Positions 7,493 to 16,460 of a DNA stretch of 24,790 bases are shown here, piece by piece. The translations under genes and the position numbers were made by a program. Source of the DNA: an uncultured bacterium (lineage in GTDB: Bacteria; Cyanobacteriota; Cyanobacteriia; CAZCXK01); the NCBI GenBank assembly GCA_964502605.1, contig CAZCXK010000049.1, forward strand, positions 1-24,790, read 5' to 3'. The first letter of the stretch is position 1; each line of letters begins with the position of its first letter. Under the pieces are notes generated by a model. It had not been told where the DNA came from, did not search any database, and saw only the letters and a list, made by a program, of their open reading frames with translations.

Positions 7493-7792
7493 ATGCGAGC
7501 TACCATCGAGAACCAGGTGATAGTCCTTCATAAAGACGATGTACCCACCTTTAAGAAGGGTGGCTCAATTGTGCGAAACACCTATTTTTGGGCTCTCAGG
7601 GCGATCGCTGGCCAGGCACCTCGATATGGCAACTGGGAATTTGAATCTGAGGTCTGGCTGGCGCTGCGACGAATGCTGCTGTCATTTAGCGAGTCAGGCT
7701 ATTTGGGGCTGCAAGAAACCACCCTGGAGTTTTCTCCCCATGCCGACATTCCGCCGGTTTTACAGCCGGTTTCTAGCCGGGGCGATGGATAG
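7493..7792 (+). CDS. Hypothetical protein (orphan 99-aa ORF)
   Basis: The ORF fills the gap between the FKBP gene and the convergent 7TM-HD gene. I recognise no motifs, so the coding status is uncertain. Confidence 0.3.
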   Translation: MRATIENQVIVLHKDDVPTFKKGGSIVRNTYFWALRAIAGQAPRYGNWEFESEVWLALRRMLLSFSESGYLGLQETTLEFSPHADIPPVLQPVSSRGDG

Positions 7793-7823
7793 TCAGGGCT
7801 TTCTATCTAATGTGACACCAGAT

Positions 7824-10385
7824 CTATGACACCGGAGACGGTTGGGGCGACAGGGCTCCCTTGGGATAGGGAATTCGCTTGTGATTAAACTGCTGCCACA
7901 CCTGCACAAAGATGCTGGCAATGCGCGACATTTCTTGCCGGGTGAGCCCCGAGTCAATCAGCTGCTGATCTTGCCAGCGGGCTCTCAAGATTCGATTAAC
8001 CATGGCGAGAGCTTCTTCAGAGGTGGCATCTTTAAGCGATCGCAGCGCCGCCTCACAGGAATCCGCTAGCATGACAATCCCTGTCTCCTTCGATTGCGGA
8101 ATCGGCCCGTCATATCGAAAATCTTCTTCTTTCACACAGATGGTCGGGTCAGCCTTGGCCTGTTGCTGGGCTTGATAGTAGAAATAATTAATCAACATCG
8201 TGCCCTGGTGCTCTGGGATAAATGCCTGAATCGCAGTCGGCAACCGACATTTTCGCGCCATGACCAACCCCTGAGTCACATGCTTTTTAATGATGTCGGC
8301 ACTGCGCCAAGGGTCTGAAATTAGATCATGCTTATTGGGGCCACCCATTTGGTTTTCAATAAACCCAAGCGGGTCATGCATTTTGCCAATGTCGTGGTAG
8401 AGCGTCCCCGCTCGCACTAGCTCAACGTTGCACCCTAACTCACGGGCAGCGGCCTCAGCCAAGCTGGCCACAAATAAGGTGTGCTGAAATGTTCCAGGAG
8501 CCTCAGATGCAACCCGTTTGAGTAATGGGCGATTGGGATTCGACAACTCAACTAAGCGAATGGGAGTCACCAAATCAAACAAATGCTCAAGATAGGGGCT
8601 GAAGCCCAAGGCCACAATACTCCAAACGACTCCCATCAGCCCGTGGATCGCAGCCTTGGTAAATACGGTATACCAGACGGAGCTAGCAGCCGAACTGACA
8701 ATCAGGCTCATCAGCAGATAAACTCCACCTGTTGTCACTCCCACGGCACCCCCCAGCATGGCTAACTCTTCACGTGATCGCAGCCGTCCGGCGATCGCCG
8801 TTCCTACGAGACTGCCAGCCGCACTAGCCGCCAAATGACTCCAGGAAATATTCATACCAACGGGCAGCACAATACTTAACAGGCTGACCACCGTCACGCC
8901 TAGAGCTGACCCATAAAAACTGCCAACCAGTAGACCAACTAGCGGCAAGTTGACCGATGGCAGCCGCAGTGCGAGAACTAACGGCGTCGTCAGACATAGC
9001 AGCAGAATAAGGACATGATCGCGACGTCGCAACCCTGGATGAAACCGATGTTCGACCATGAGATAGAGGCCCATCGCACCTGCGACCAAGGCTCCAAATC
9101 CCGATAGCCCTACCCAATTAATGCCACGTCGGCTCATGCCGAAATAGTCGAGCAAGACAAACTGCTCTTGGGTAATGGTTTCATTCGCTTGAATAATGAC
9201 CTCACCTCGACGCACCTCAACCACTTCAGGATCAATGGCTTCTGCGGCCTGCTCTGCCCGCTGCCGCGTTTGCTCAGGGTCTTCTTGCAAGTTTGGCTTA
9301 ATCACCCAGGACAGCGTATCAACAGCCAGAGATTTTGCCGCTTGGGGCACGTCGATTTCGGTTTGCACTCGGATGGCCTCTGCCAGCAAATTAGAGGGCA
9401 ACCCAGCAGGCACACCCTGAATTAAAATTCGTTCGAGCGATCGCCGAATTCCAACTTTGGTCGCATCCCACTGGTCATCTGCTAAATTGAGCACCGTTTC
9501 ATCATAGAGATCATTCGGCTTGGATAGCGTTGCCACGGGCAACAGGGCAATCGTCGCGGCATAGCGCTGACGCGCTCGCACAATCGACTGCTTTAAAGCC
9601 GAAAAATCATCGACAGACGCAGTTTGTCGGTAGCTCTGCAATTCGATAATGGCAAGCTGCTGCGACGAACGGGTTGCATTAGCGCTAGTAGGCGACTCAT
9701 CAGGCGCTCTTGTGCCAGGTCGATTGCTCCAGGCAGATCCATTGCCTTCGGCAGCGGTAATCGTTGTCCGCCACTCCCACTCTTCAGCCTGACGCAGATA
9801 GTTTTGGGTATGAGTAGACAGAATAGACGTCTCAGCAAAGGGAAATGGCCCCGCCTGGGCCCGTAGGCGATCGCCCTCGTCAAAGATGCGCTGGAGCGAT
9901 TGATAAATTCGCTGGTTGACCGTCTGATCAATGGTTAACACCGGAATAGCTCCGGTAATCACTGCGTTGCGTTTGTCTTCTGTTGTCTGTTGATCTTCGA
10001 CAACCGCTGAATCAGGAGCTCTTAGCGTTTGAGGGGCAACCGTACCCACGTCTAGCTTAGGCTCATTGTAAAAGCGATAGCCAATGGTGCTGGTTAGAGC
10101 GAGAATGGCAATCAAAAAAATAATTTGGGGCTGTGGGCCTTTGCTGCGGGGGCGCTTGCGAGGAGGCTGACGCCAGAGAACCCGCACGATCTGGCTAGGG
10201 TTCAGCCCCTTCAGTCGCAAAATCTCCTGCCATGGCTGACTTGACTGTGCCACCTTCGTATAGCGTTTCATGTGCAGCACCGCTTGCCGCAGAGTTCCAT
10301 GAGTCTGCTGTTGTGAAGTACTCAAGACCTGTACCCTCCACCACTGATCAATCTGCTGAGTAAACGAGCGGAATGGGTTCATCAC
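7824..10385 (-). CDS. 7TM receptor with intracellular HD-domain phosphohydrolase (HDIG, 7TMR-HD; PgpH/YqfF-like, possible c-di-AMP phosphodiesterase)
   Basis: An extracellular region is followed by seven closely spaced transmembrane helices, then HD/HDIG motifs (LYHDIGKMHDP...) and a C-terminal 7TMR-HD extension. The 853-aa length matches cyanobacterial members of the family. The exact start is uncertain, as there is an N-terminal extension of about 100 aa. Confidence 0.8.
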   Translation of the reverse strand: MMNPFRSFTQQIDQWWRVQVLSTSQQQTHGTLRQAVLHMKRYTKVAQSSQPWQEILRLKGLNPSQIVRVLWRQPPRKRPRSKGPQPQIIFLIAILALTSTIGYRFYNEPKLDVGTVAPQTLRAPDSAVVEDQQTTEDKRNAVITGAIPVLTIDQTVNQRIYQSLQRIFDEGDRLRAQAGPFPFAETSILSTHTQNYLRQAEEWEWRTTITAAEGNGSAWSNRPGTRAPDESPTSANATRSSQQLAIIELQSYRQTASVDDFSALKQSIVRARQRYAATIALLPVATLSKPNDLYDETVLNLADDQWDATKVGIRRSLERILIQGVPAGLPSNLLAEAIRVQTEIDVPQAAKSLAVDTLSWVIKPNLQEDPEQTRQRAEQAAEAIDPEVVEVRRGEVIIQANETITQEQFVLLDYFGMSRRGINWVGLSGFGALVAGAMGLYLMVEHRFHPGLRRRDHVLILLLCLTTPLVLALRLPSVNLPLVGLLVGSFYGSALGVTVVSLLSIVLPVGMNISWSHLAASAAGSLVGTAIAGRLRSREELAMLGGAVGVTTGGVYLLMSLIVSSAASSVWYTVFTKAAIHGLMGVVWSIVALGFSPYLEHLFDLVTPIRLVELSNPNRPLLKRVASEAPGTFQHTLFVASLAEAAARELGCNVELVRAGTLYHDIGKMHDPLGFIENQMGGPNKHDLISDPWRSADIIKKHVTQGLVMARKCRLPTAIQAFIPEHQGTMLINYFYYQAQQQAKADPTICVKEEDFRYDGPIPQSKETGIVMLADSCEAALRSLKDATSEEALAMVNRILRARWQDQQLIDSGLTRQEMSRIASIFVQVWQQFNHKRIPYPKGALSPQPSPVS

Positions 10386-10519
10386 TTCACCAGTTCATAG
10401 ACCAAGCAGGGCGCTTGCAGAAGACACGAGCATTTAAGTACGTTTGGAAGCAGAATTCAGCAATGAGCATCACCATGAGTAATAGTATATCCAAGCCTTC
10501 TGGCTCGCAGCTCCGTTCA

Positions 10520-11593
10520 TCAATACTTAAAAGAGATGATTCTCGGTGCAGTAATGGCAAGACGATTAGCATAGTCCCAGGTCGCCGCTGGAGCGCTGTC
10601 GCCCCTCCAAGCGGCAGTCAACTGATCGGCAAGATGATTCAACGGTATGCCAGTTTTACCATTTTTATCGATTAATGCGGCTGAGGGGTTTTCCTCCTGA
10701 TTGTGGTGTGAGTGTTGCCAGTCAAGTGGTAGAGCGATCGCCCCGTGATGAGCTCCCAAGAGAGCACCGAGCAGGGCGCAGGCGCTTGAACTGATTGCAG
10801 CCCCTGATGCACGACTAAGAAGAAAAAGCAAGCGCCGCATGGCTACGTCAGGTTCGGCTGGAGTCCCTAAAAAGCCATAGAGTGCAGCCAAGCTTGAGCA
10901 AGTGGCTGGGAGAGCTAACGCATCATCTGAGACGGTTCCCCTGACAATTTGCCCCATGGCGGTCAAAGCCGAACCTTCAGAGTGCATTAGGGTTTGCAGG
11001 GCGATCAGCTGAGCCGTCCAGCCAGATGAGTCGGGTGCTGCTAATGAACTCTCAATTAAGTACTGCATCAGGCGATCAGGACGTTGCGGTTCACGTAACC
11101 CCCAGGCAAGTGCGTTGAGTATCGTCATAACAGCAGGGATGAGATGTTCAGATACCGACCAACTGGTAGCGAGGCGATAGACGGTATGACGCAAACTATC
11201 GAGATCGTCATGAAACACGATAGCCAGAGGCAGAGTGGCGATCGCCAGTTGCCCTGCATCAACATTAACAACAGCGGTCTGGGGCGCAATCTCTCTAAAG
11301 TAATTGAGTTCAGATGGGTCTTGCGATCGGCCTGACAGTAGCGCCTGGGGCAGCCCCTCCTCAAGTTGGGGCTCCTGAGACGCAACCGATTGCACATCCA
11401 GCCGCTGCACGTTGACCCGTCCCCATCGCCCCATGATGTAGCCATTAGTCAAGGTCAGAGCTGACGTGACCCACCAGGGCTGGCCGAGGCCAGACAGAGA
11501 AGTACCTCTCCACAGACCCTGGGTCGATCGCTCGATACTGCTTCCAATAGCCATGCCCAAGAGCAGGCCCCGGACGGGTTGAGAATTATACAT
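10520..11593 (-). CDS. ADP-ribosylglycohydrolase (ARH/DraG)-like protein, possibly catalytically degenerate
   Basis: The N-terminus GLLLGMAIGSSIE has the shape of the ARH G-rich motif (GxxLGxAxGDALG). The C-terminus SSSACALLGALLGAHHGAIALPLDW resembles the ARH motif DTDTxAAIAGALAGAYYG..IP..W. The conserved Asp/Thr metal ligands appear replaced by Ser. The gene is co-oriented with the 7TM-HD gene and 135 nt upstream of it. Confidence 0.5.
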   Translation of the reverse strand: MYNSQPVRGLLLGMAIGSSIERSTQGLWRGTSLSGLGQPWWVTSALTLTNGYIMGRWGRVNVQRLDVQSVASQEPQLEEGLPQALLSGRSQDPSELNYFREIAPQTAVVNVDAGQLAIATLPLAIVFHDDLDSLRHTVYRLATSWSVSEHLIPAVMTILNALAWGLREPQRPDRLMQYLIESSLAAPDSSGWTAQLIALQTLMHSEGSALTAMGQIVRGTVSDDALALPATCSSLAALYGFLGTPAEPDVAMRRLLFLLSRASGAAISSSACALLGALLGAHHGAIALPLDWQHSHHNQEENPSAALIDKNGKTGIPLNHLADQLTAAWRGDSAPAATWDYANRLAITAPRIISFKY

Positions 11594-11624
11594 AATCGTT
11601 GTCTTTCAAACCTATAACTACTTA

Positions 11625-11745
11625 CATCGGTGCTCACAGTATCGGCGCTCACAGTATCGGCGCTCACGGTATCGGCGCTCACGATATCGGCGTTCACGGT
11701 ATCGGCGTTCACGGTATCGGCGCTCACGGCATCGCCACGACAAGC
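11625..11745. repeat. 15-bp tandem repeat (GCTCACRGTATCGGC), about 8 units
   Basis: The array reads gctcacagtatcggc gctcacagtatcggc gctcacggtatcggc gctcacgatatcggc gttcacggtatcggc gttcacggtatcggc gctcacggcatcg. It lies 30-150 bp upstream of the ARH-like gene start on the minus strand. Confidence 0.9.
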
Positions 11746-12671
11746 CAATTCGTTTTAACTCAGGTAGAAGAGCCACCCGCATCATGAAAACTTGGGGCAA
11801 GACCGTCCTACTAAACTCTGGGCGTAGAAATATGTTGCTAAACGTAGAGCAATCATTACACTTCATCAATCATGATGAATTTTGGTAACTCAGGTGATGC
11901 CTCTCTGTGGGGTAATGCTAGCCTAACGGTAGGCACGCATAAGGTTAACGTTTTAGGTAAAACGACCTCAAAAAATAAGTTTTCTGGGTTCAAGCCTGTG
12001 CCTCCTGCTTGTAGCCAGCATGACACCTAAACCAATCGACGCGAGTCTCGTTTGATGGGTTATGTGTTTTAACCAGTCTTGTGAATTGAGCCGTCGAGGC
12101 TCTATCAACATCTAGGTTAAGCGCAATACCTCAGCTCTCTAGTCTCCTAAAGAGATTGAACCGTTGTCGAGGGTGGTGAGGGGCGTCGTGAGTTAGTTGT
12201 CCACCTGAGTTTAACGATTACTGAACTGAGCCTCAATTTATCTTCAACTGAGCAAGGTCAAGTTAAGCTAATTTTTTTGTAAGAGGTCTAGCCCTTGCTA
12301 GGCCTCGTTGTCGTTTTAGGGCATTTTTCAGACTGCATTGCGTTAGTGCTGTTCACAGCTCGGGTTCAACGCCGCTGGCTGCCAACCTAAAGCCTTTAGG
12401 CTAAGCCAGATAAATTTCCTTAACTTGTGAGTGAGGGTTTACTCCTTTTTTTCTTCACCTGGAACAACGCACCCACAGATCGGGTCTAAGTATGTAACAG
12501 CAACGTTTTGATTGATTTCGATTGCATCAGGTGCCTCTGCCTTCCTATGGGAAAGCGGGGCACCTTTTTGCATGGTTGAGGCTCGAGTCTAAAAATTGCT
12601 GTTGCCGTTCGGGTGCTCGGTCTGATTTCATCCAGTTTGCTCTTCCGTTGTAAATTAACGTGACCTAACGC

Positions 12672-15332
12672 ATGGATATTCTCGATTTTTCGGTTGCGAA
12701 CGACTGGGGCAGTGGCTTCACTGGCAGTCTGTCAATTACCAACCCAAACCCAACGGCTCTCAATCAATGGGTCGTTGAATTTGAAGCTCCATTTGAAATT
12801 ACAGACATTTGGAATGCTGAAATTATCAGTCGTGAGGGCAATCGTTATATCATTCGCAATGCCAATTGGAACGGGGCGATCGCCTCTGGTCAAACGGTTA
12901 CATTTGGCTTCAATGGCAAGAAAGCAACCGGGGTGACGCTAGAACCCCAAAATTATAAATTTAACGGAGTCGCGCTCGATCCTGGTCCTGCTCCCGCTGA
13001 GCCACCGTTTGCGCTGCTGCCTGAACTGGCGATCGCTGACACCAGCGTCGTTGAGGCTAACAATGCCCAAGCCAAGTTTGTGATTAACCTCTCAGAGCCC
13101 AGCACTCAGAACATCTCGGTCGAATATTCGACAAACTCACTCACTGCAAAGGCTGGTTCTGACTACCGCTCAAAGTCGGGCACGCTCACGTTTGCCCCTG
13201 GAGAAACGTCTAAAACAGTGTCAGTTGCCGTGTTAAATGACACCCTCGTTGAAAACTCAGAAACGTTTGAACTCAATCTAGCCCGAGCAAATAACGCAAC
13301 GATTGCCAGCGGCAAAGGAATTGCCACCATCTTGGACGACGATGAGGCCACGCCTACTCCTGCTCCCGCGCCTGTGCCTGCTCCCGCGCCTGCGCCTGCT
13401 CCCGCGCCTACCCCCGCGCCTGTGCCTGCTCCCGATTCAACATCTCCATCATCTGAGTCAAGCGTTGATTTTTCGGTTGCGAATAACTGGGGCAGTGGCT
13501 TTACGGCTAATCTATCGTTTACCAATGCTGGCAATGCAGCGCTCAACGGTTGGACGTTAGAATTTAGCGCTCCCTTTGAAATGACGAATATCTGGGGTGC
13601 TGAGCTAGTGCGTAAAGAGGGCGATCGCTATGTGATTAGTCCTGCTAGTTGGAATAGCTCTGTCGCCCCCGGACAAACGATTTCATTTGGCTTTAATGCC
13701 AACGGTGCCGCAACAGAACCAACGAGCTATGAACTCAACGGCTCTCCCCTATCTGCACCTCCATCTGCACCTCCAGCGGATAACCCTGAAGACGATCCGG
13801 CTCCATCTCCTCCCCCAGTGGCCGAGACGCCAGTAGACAACACCCCCGATAGCTCCAGTGAGCCGAATGAGCCCATTGATTCAGGTGAGCCAATCACTCC
13901 AGATGCGTCTGCTGACCCGCCCTCTCCTGACCCCACGGCTCCCGCGCCTGGGCCACAGTCTGGAGATTTTAATTATGGTGAAGCGCTGCAAAAGTCGCTG
14001 TTATTCATCGAAGCACAGCGGTCAGGGCCATTGCCTGACGACACGCGCATCGAATGGCGTGGGGATTCAGCCGTCAATGATGGCGCTGATGTGGGTCTTG
14101 ACCTGTCGGGTGGCTATTATGACGCGGGCGATCATGTCAAGTTTGGCTTCCCTATGGCATCATCCATGACCATGCTGAGTTGGGGCGTTGTGGAATATCG
14201 GGACGGGTATGCTCAAAGTGGTCAGCTTGATGAAGCCTTAGAGGCAATCAAGTGGGGCGCAGATTATATTCTCAAAGCACATGTGACCGATAGCCAGGGC
14301 ACGAAAGAGTTTTGGGGACAGGTCGGCAATGGCAACATTGACCATGCTTACTGGGGAACTGCCGAAACCATGACCATGGAGCGTCCCGCTTACAAGATTG
14401 ATCGGCAAAATCCAGGCTCAGATTTAGCGGCTGAGTCGGCGGCGGCTCTGGCCTCAGCCTCGATTGCCTTCAAAACAGCCGATCCAGACTACGCCGATCG
14501 ACTCTTGACCAACGCCAAACAGCTGTTTGAGTTTGCCGATCAATACCGAGGGAAATATTCCGACTCCATCACTGATGCGAGATCGTTTTACAACTCCTGG
14601 AGCGGCTATATTGACGAGTTAGTGTGGGGTGCGACATGGCTCTATAAAGCTACCGGCGAACAGAAATATCTGAACAAAGCCGAACAGCTCTATCAGGGGC
14701 TCAACCCTCAATGGACTCACAACTGGGACGACAAGTCTTATGGCGCTGCTGTGCTATTGGCTCAAGAAACCGGGAAGGCTCGCTATCGTAACGACGTTGA
14801 AGGCTGGCTCGACTATTGGTCAGATTCCAGCGGTGATGGGGTCAACTATACTTCTGGAGGTCTGGCATGGCTGAGCCAGTGGGGATCACTTCGCTATAGT
14901 TCTACAACGGCGTTTATCGCGGGTGTTTATAGCGACACGGTCAACGATAAGGGCGATCGCTACTCCAATTTTGCCGAAAACCAAATCGACTACATTCTGG
15001 GTGAAAATCCTAATAACCTTAGCTACATGGTTGGGTTTGGCGACAGCTACCCACTCAACCCCCACCATCGCAACGCCCACGGAGGCGGCAGCATTAATGA
15101 TCCGGCACCCAATGACAACATTCTCTTTGGGGCTCTAGTCGGTGGCCCTGCATCACCCAACGACAATGACTATGCTGACGTGCGCTCCGACTATATTCGC
15201 AATGAAGTCGCACTTGACTACAATGCTGGATTTACCGGGGCTTTGGCTCGTATGTATGACATGTTTGGTGGCCAACCTCTCAGTGATGCTCAACTCAATG
15301 CGTTACCTGGGATCGTTGTAGCTGATGCCTGA
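12672..15332 (+). CDS. Multi-domain glycoside hydrolase family 9 endoglucanase (cellulase): CBM2 - Calx-beta - Pro/Ala linker - CBM2 - Pro-rich linker - GH9 catalytic domain
   Basis: GH9 catalytic motifs are present (DLSGGYYDAGDHVKFGFPMA, HHRNAHGG, ALVGGP, RSDYIRNEVALDYNAGFTGALA). Two paralogous CBM2-like modules occur (DFSVANDWGSGFTGSLSITN...WNAEI...WNGAIASGQTVTFGFNG and the copy at about 13440-13700). A Calx-beta module is present (VEYSTNSLTAKAGSDYRSKSGTLTFAPGETSKTVSVAVLNDTLVENSETFELNL), and the linkers include (PAPAPV)n. An in-frame TAA lies 2 codons upstream of the ATG, so the protein has no N-terminal signal peptide. Confidence 0.9.
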   Translation: MDILDFSVANDWGSGFTGSLSITNPNPTALNQWVVEFEAPFEITDIWNAEIISREGNRYIIRNANWNGAIASGQTVTFGFNGKKATGVTLEPQNYKFNGVALDPGPAPAEPPFALLPELAIADTSVVEANNAQAKFVINLSEPSTQNISVEYSTNSLTAKAGSDYRSKSGTLTFAPGETSKTVSVAVLNDTLVENSETFELNLARANNATIASGKGIATILDDDEATPTPAPAPVPAPAPAPAPAPTPAPVPAPDSTSPSSESSVDFSVANNWGSGFTANLSFTNAGNAALNGWTLEFSAPFEMTNIWGAELVRKEGDRYVISPASWNSSVAPGQTISFGFNANGAATEPTSYELNGSPLSAPPSAPPADNPEDDPAPSPPPVAETPVDNTPDSSSEPNEPIDSGEPITPDASADPPSPDPTAPAPGPQSGDFNYGEALQKSLLFIEAQRSGPLPDDTRIEWRGDSAVNDGADVGLDLSGGYYDAGDHVKFGFPMASSMTMLSWGVVEYRDGYAQSGQLDEALEAIKWGADYILKAHVTDSQGTKEFWGQVGNGNIDHAYWGTAETMTMERPAYKIDRQNPGSDLAAESAAALASASIAFKTADPDYADRLLTNAKQLFEFADQYRGKYSDSITDARSFYNSWSGYIDELVWGATWLYKATGEQKYLNKAEQLYQGLNPQWTHNWDDKSYGAAVLLAQETGKARYRNDVEGWLDYWSDSSGDGVNYTSGGLAWLSQWGSLRYSSTTAFIAGVYSDTVNDKGDRYSNFAENQIDYILGENPNNLSYMVGFGDSYPLNPHHRNAHGGGSINDPAPNDNILFGALVGGPASPNDNDYADVRSDYIRNEVALDYNAGFTGALARMYDMFGGQPLSDAQLNALPGIVVADA

Positions 15333-15386
15333 TGCCTGATGTATAGGTTGAGATCAACTGTGGCATGAGTGTGAATTAATACAAAA

Positions 15387-15417
15387 CCCTGGAATTTTAG
15401 GATTCCGGGGTTTTTTT
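15387..15417. terminator. Rho-independent terminator, probably bidirectional
   Basis: aaaaCCCTGGAATtttaggATTCCGGGGttttttt forms a 9-bp stem with one G-U pair and a 6-nt loop. An A-run lies upstream and a T7 run downstream, so it can terminate both the GH9 transcript (+) and the convergent small ORF (-). Confidence 0.75.
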
Positions 15418-15483
15418 GTCTATTACATCAGTTTCAACTTTGGAAGGGTATTGCTCAGCGAACCGATCTCTCTCAGCACCGAT

Positions 15484-15624
15484 CTAACTTACGTTGTAGG
15501 CCGTACTCATGGCCCATATGACGAGAGCCACAATTCCTCCAATGATGACAAAGCCCGAAAGGGCGATCGCCAGCGGAGTATCAGCTCCCTCAAATTTCAT
15601 GATTCCCCGGTTTTGGTCTGTCAT
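15484..15624 (-). CDS. Small single-transmembrane protein of 46 aa (hypothetical; below the size cut-off of the ORF track)
   Basis: The minus strand encodes MTDQNRGIMKFEGADTPLAIALSGFVIIGGIVALVIWAMSTAYNVS* after a GGAGGA ribosome-binding site 8 nt upstream. The hydrophobic core has the length of a transmembrane helix. The ORF ends about 70 nt before the shared terminator. Confidence 0.4.
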   Translation of the reverse strand: MTDQNRGIMKFEGADTPLAIALSGFVIIGGIVALVIWAMSTAYNVS

Positions 15625-16460
15625 AGTGGGTGTCCTCCTGGGCTGCATTGATAGTCAGCGTTTAATTAGAGCAGTGTTTGATCAGAGCAACGACAGAATT
15701 AGTTGGGCAAATGACTTAATTTAAGCTGGCGTCTCTAATCTAACGCCTTGAAACGAACATCTTGATACCGTCTCATTTCCTTCTAAATTGTACTCAGGCT
15801 TAACCGTCAGCCAAGACACTACATTACATTGCTAGATTTTCTTAAGTTTCTGCAAATCTAACGTGCTAAGTTGCACAGTATCCCGCCTCATCCGTGGAAT
15901 CACATGGGAGAGCAGAAATTGAAAAGGCCGAAATATTGTATCCTCTGGACATTTTTATCACTCCTTTAATTTCTGCCGATATCTCTTTACACCCAAACCC
16001 TATTGTTTGCAGTTGAATAGAGATGAGGAGGTAGAAGTTATACTGAAACGTTTGAAATTGAGTGACCTCTCACATCCGTAAAAGTACTGTAACTGCTAAT
16101 TGGACAAATGCTATTGTGAATGGTTCTGACACGGCTCAACAGAGGAATTTATCATCGAACCATTCTTCTAATGTTGGTGCAAGTTTTATTTAGACTCAAT
16201 TGCAGCTTGCAACTATACCCAGCCCAGATCTTAATTGGGAGATATCCCATAGGTAGGGCTCCACTTCTAGACCTAGATACGGTTTAGTTGGTTGAATTAT
16301 CAGTTCAGAATGGGTGCATAAGTCATAAGGTTTTCAGGCGCGATCGCCATCTGATGGGCGATCGCCTGTTTGATGGTGGCAATTTCCAGGAGAATCTACC
16401 ACGCATTGTCTACCCATCTCTTTTAATAGTTCTGACAATAGTTCTGAGGTAATTGATTTC

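Noticed and set aside
11455-11748. 97-aa minus-strand ORF encoding (ADTVS/ADTVN) pentapeptide repeats
   Set aside because: The repetitive peptide is an artefact of translating the 15-bp tandem DNA repeat. The ORF overlaps the well-supported N-terminus of the ARH-like gene in another frame and has no ribosome-binding site.
11599-11869. 62-aa and 83-aa ORFs over the same 15-bp repeat on both strands (GAHSIGAHS..., RERRYRERRY...)
   Set aside because: Both are the same repeat-translation artefact. Being mutually exclusive on both strands, they indicate non-coding DNA.
12001-12020. tRNA-like T-loop motif GGGTTCAAGCC
   Set aside because: The flanking bases do not form a complementary T-stem (ctggg / ctgtg), and no acceptor or anticodon arm can be built. 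It is not a tRNA.
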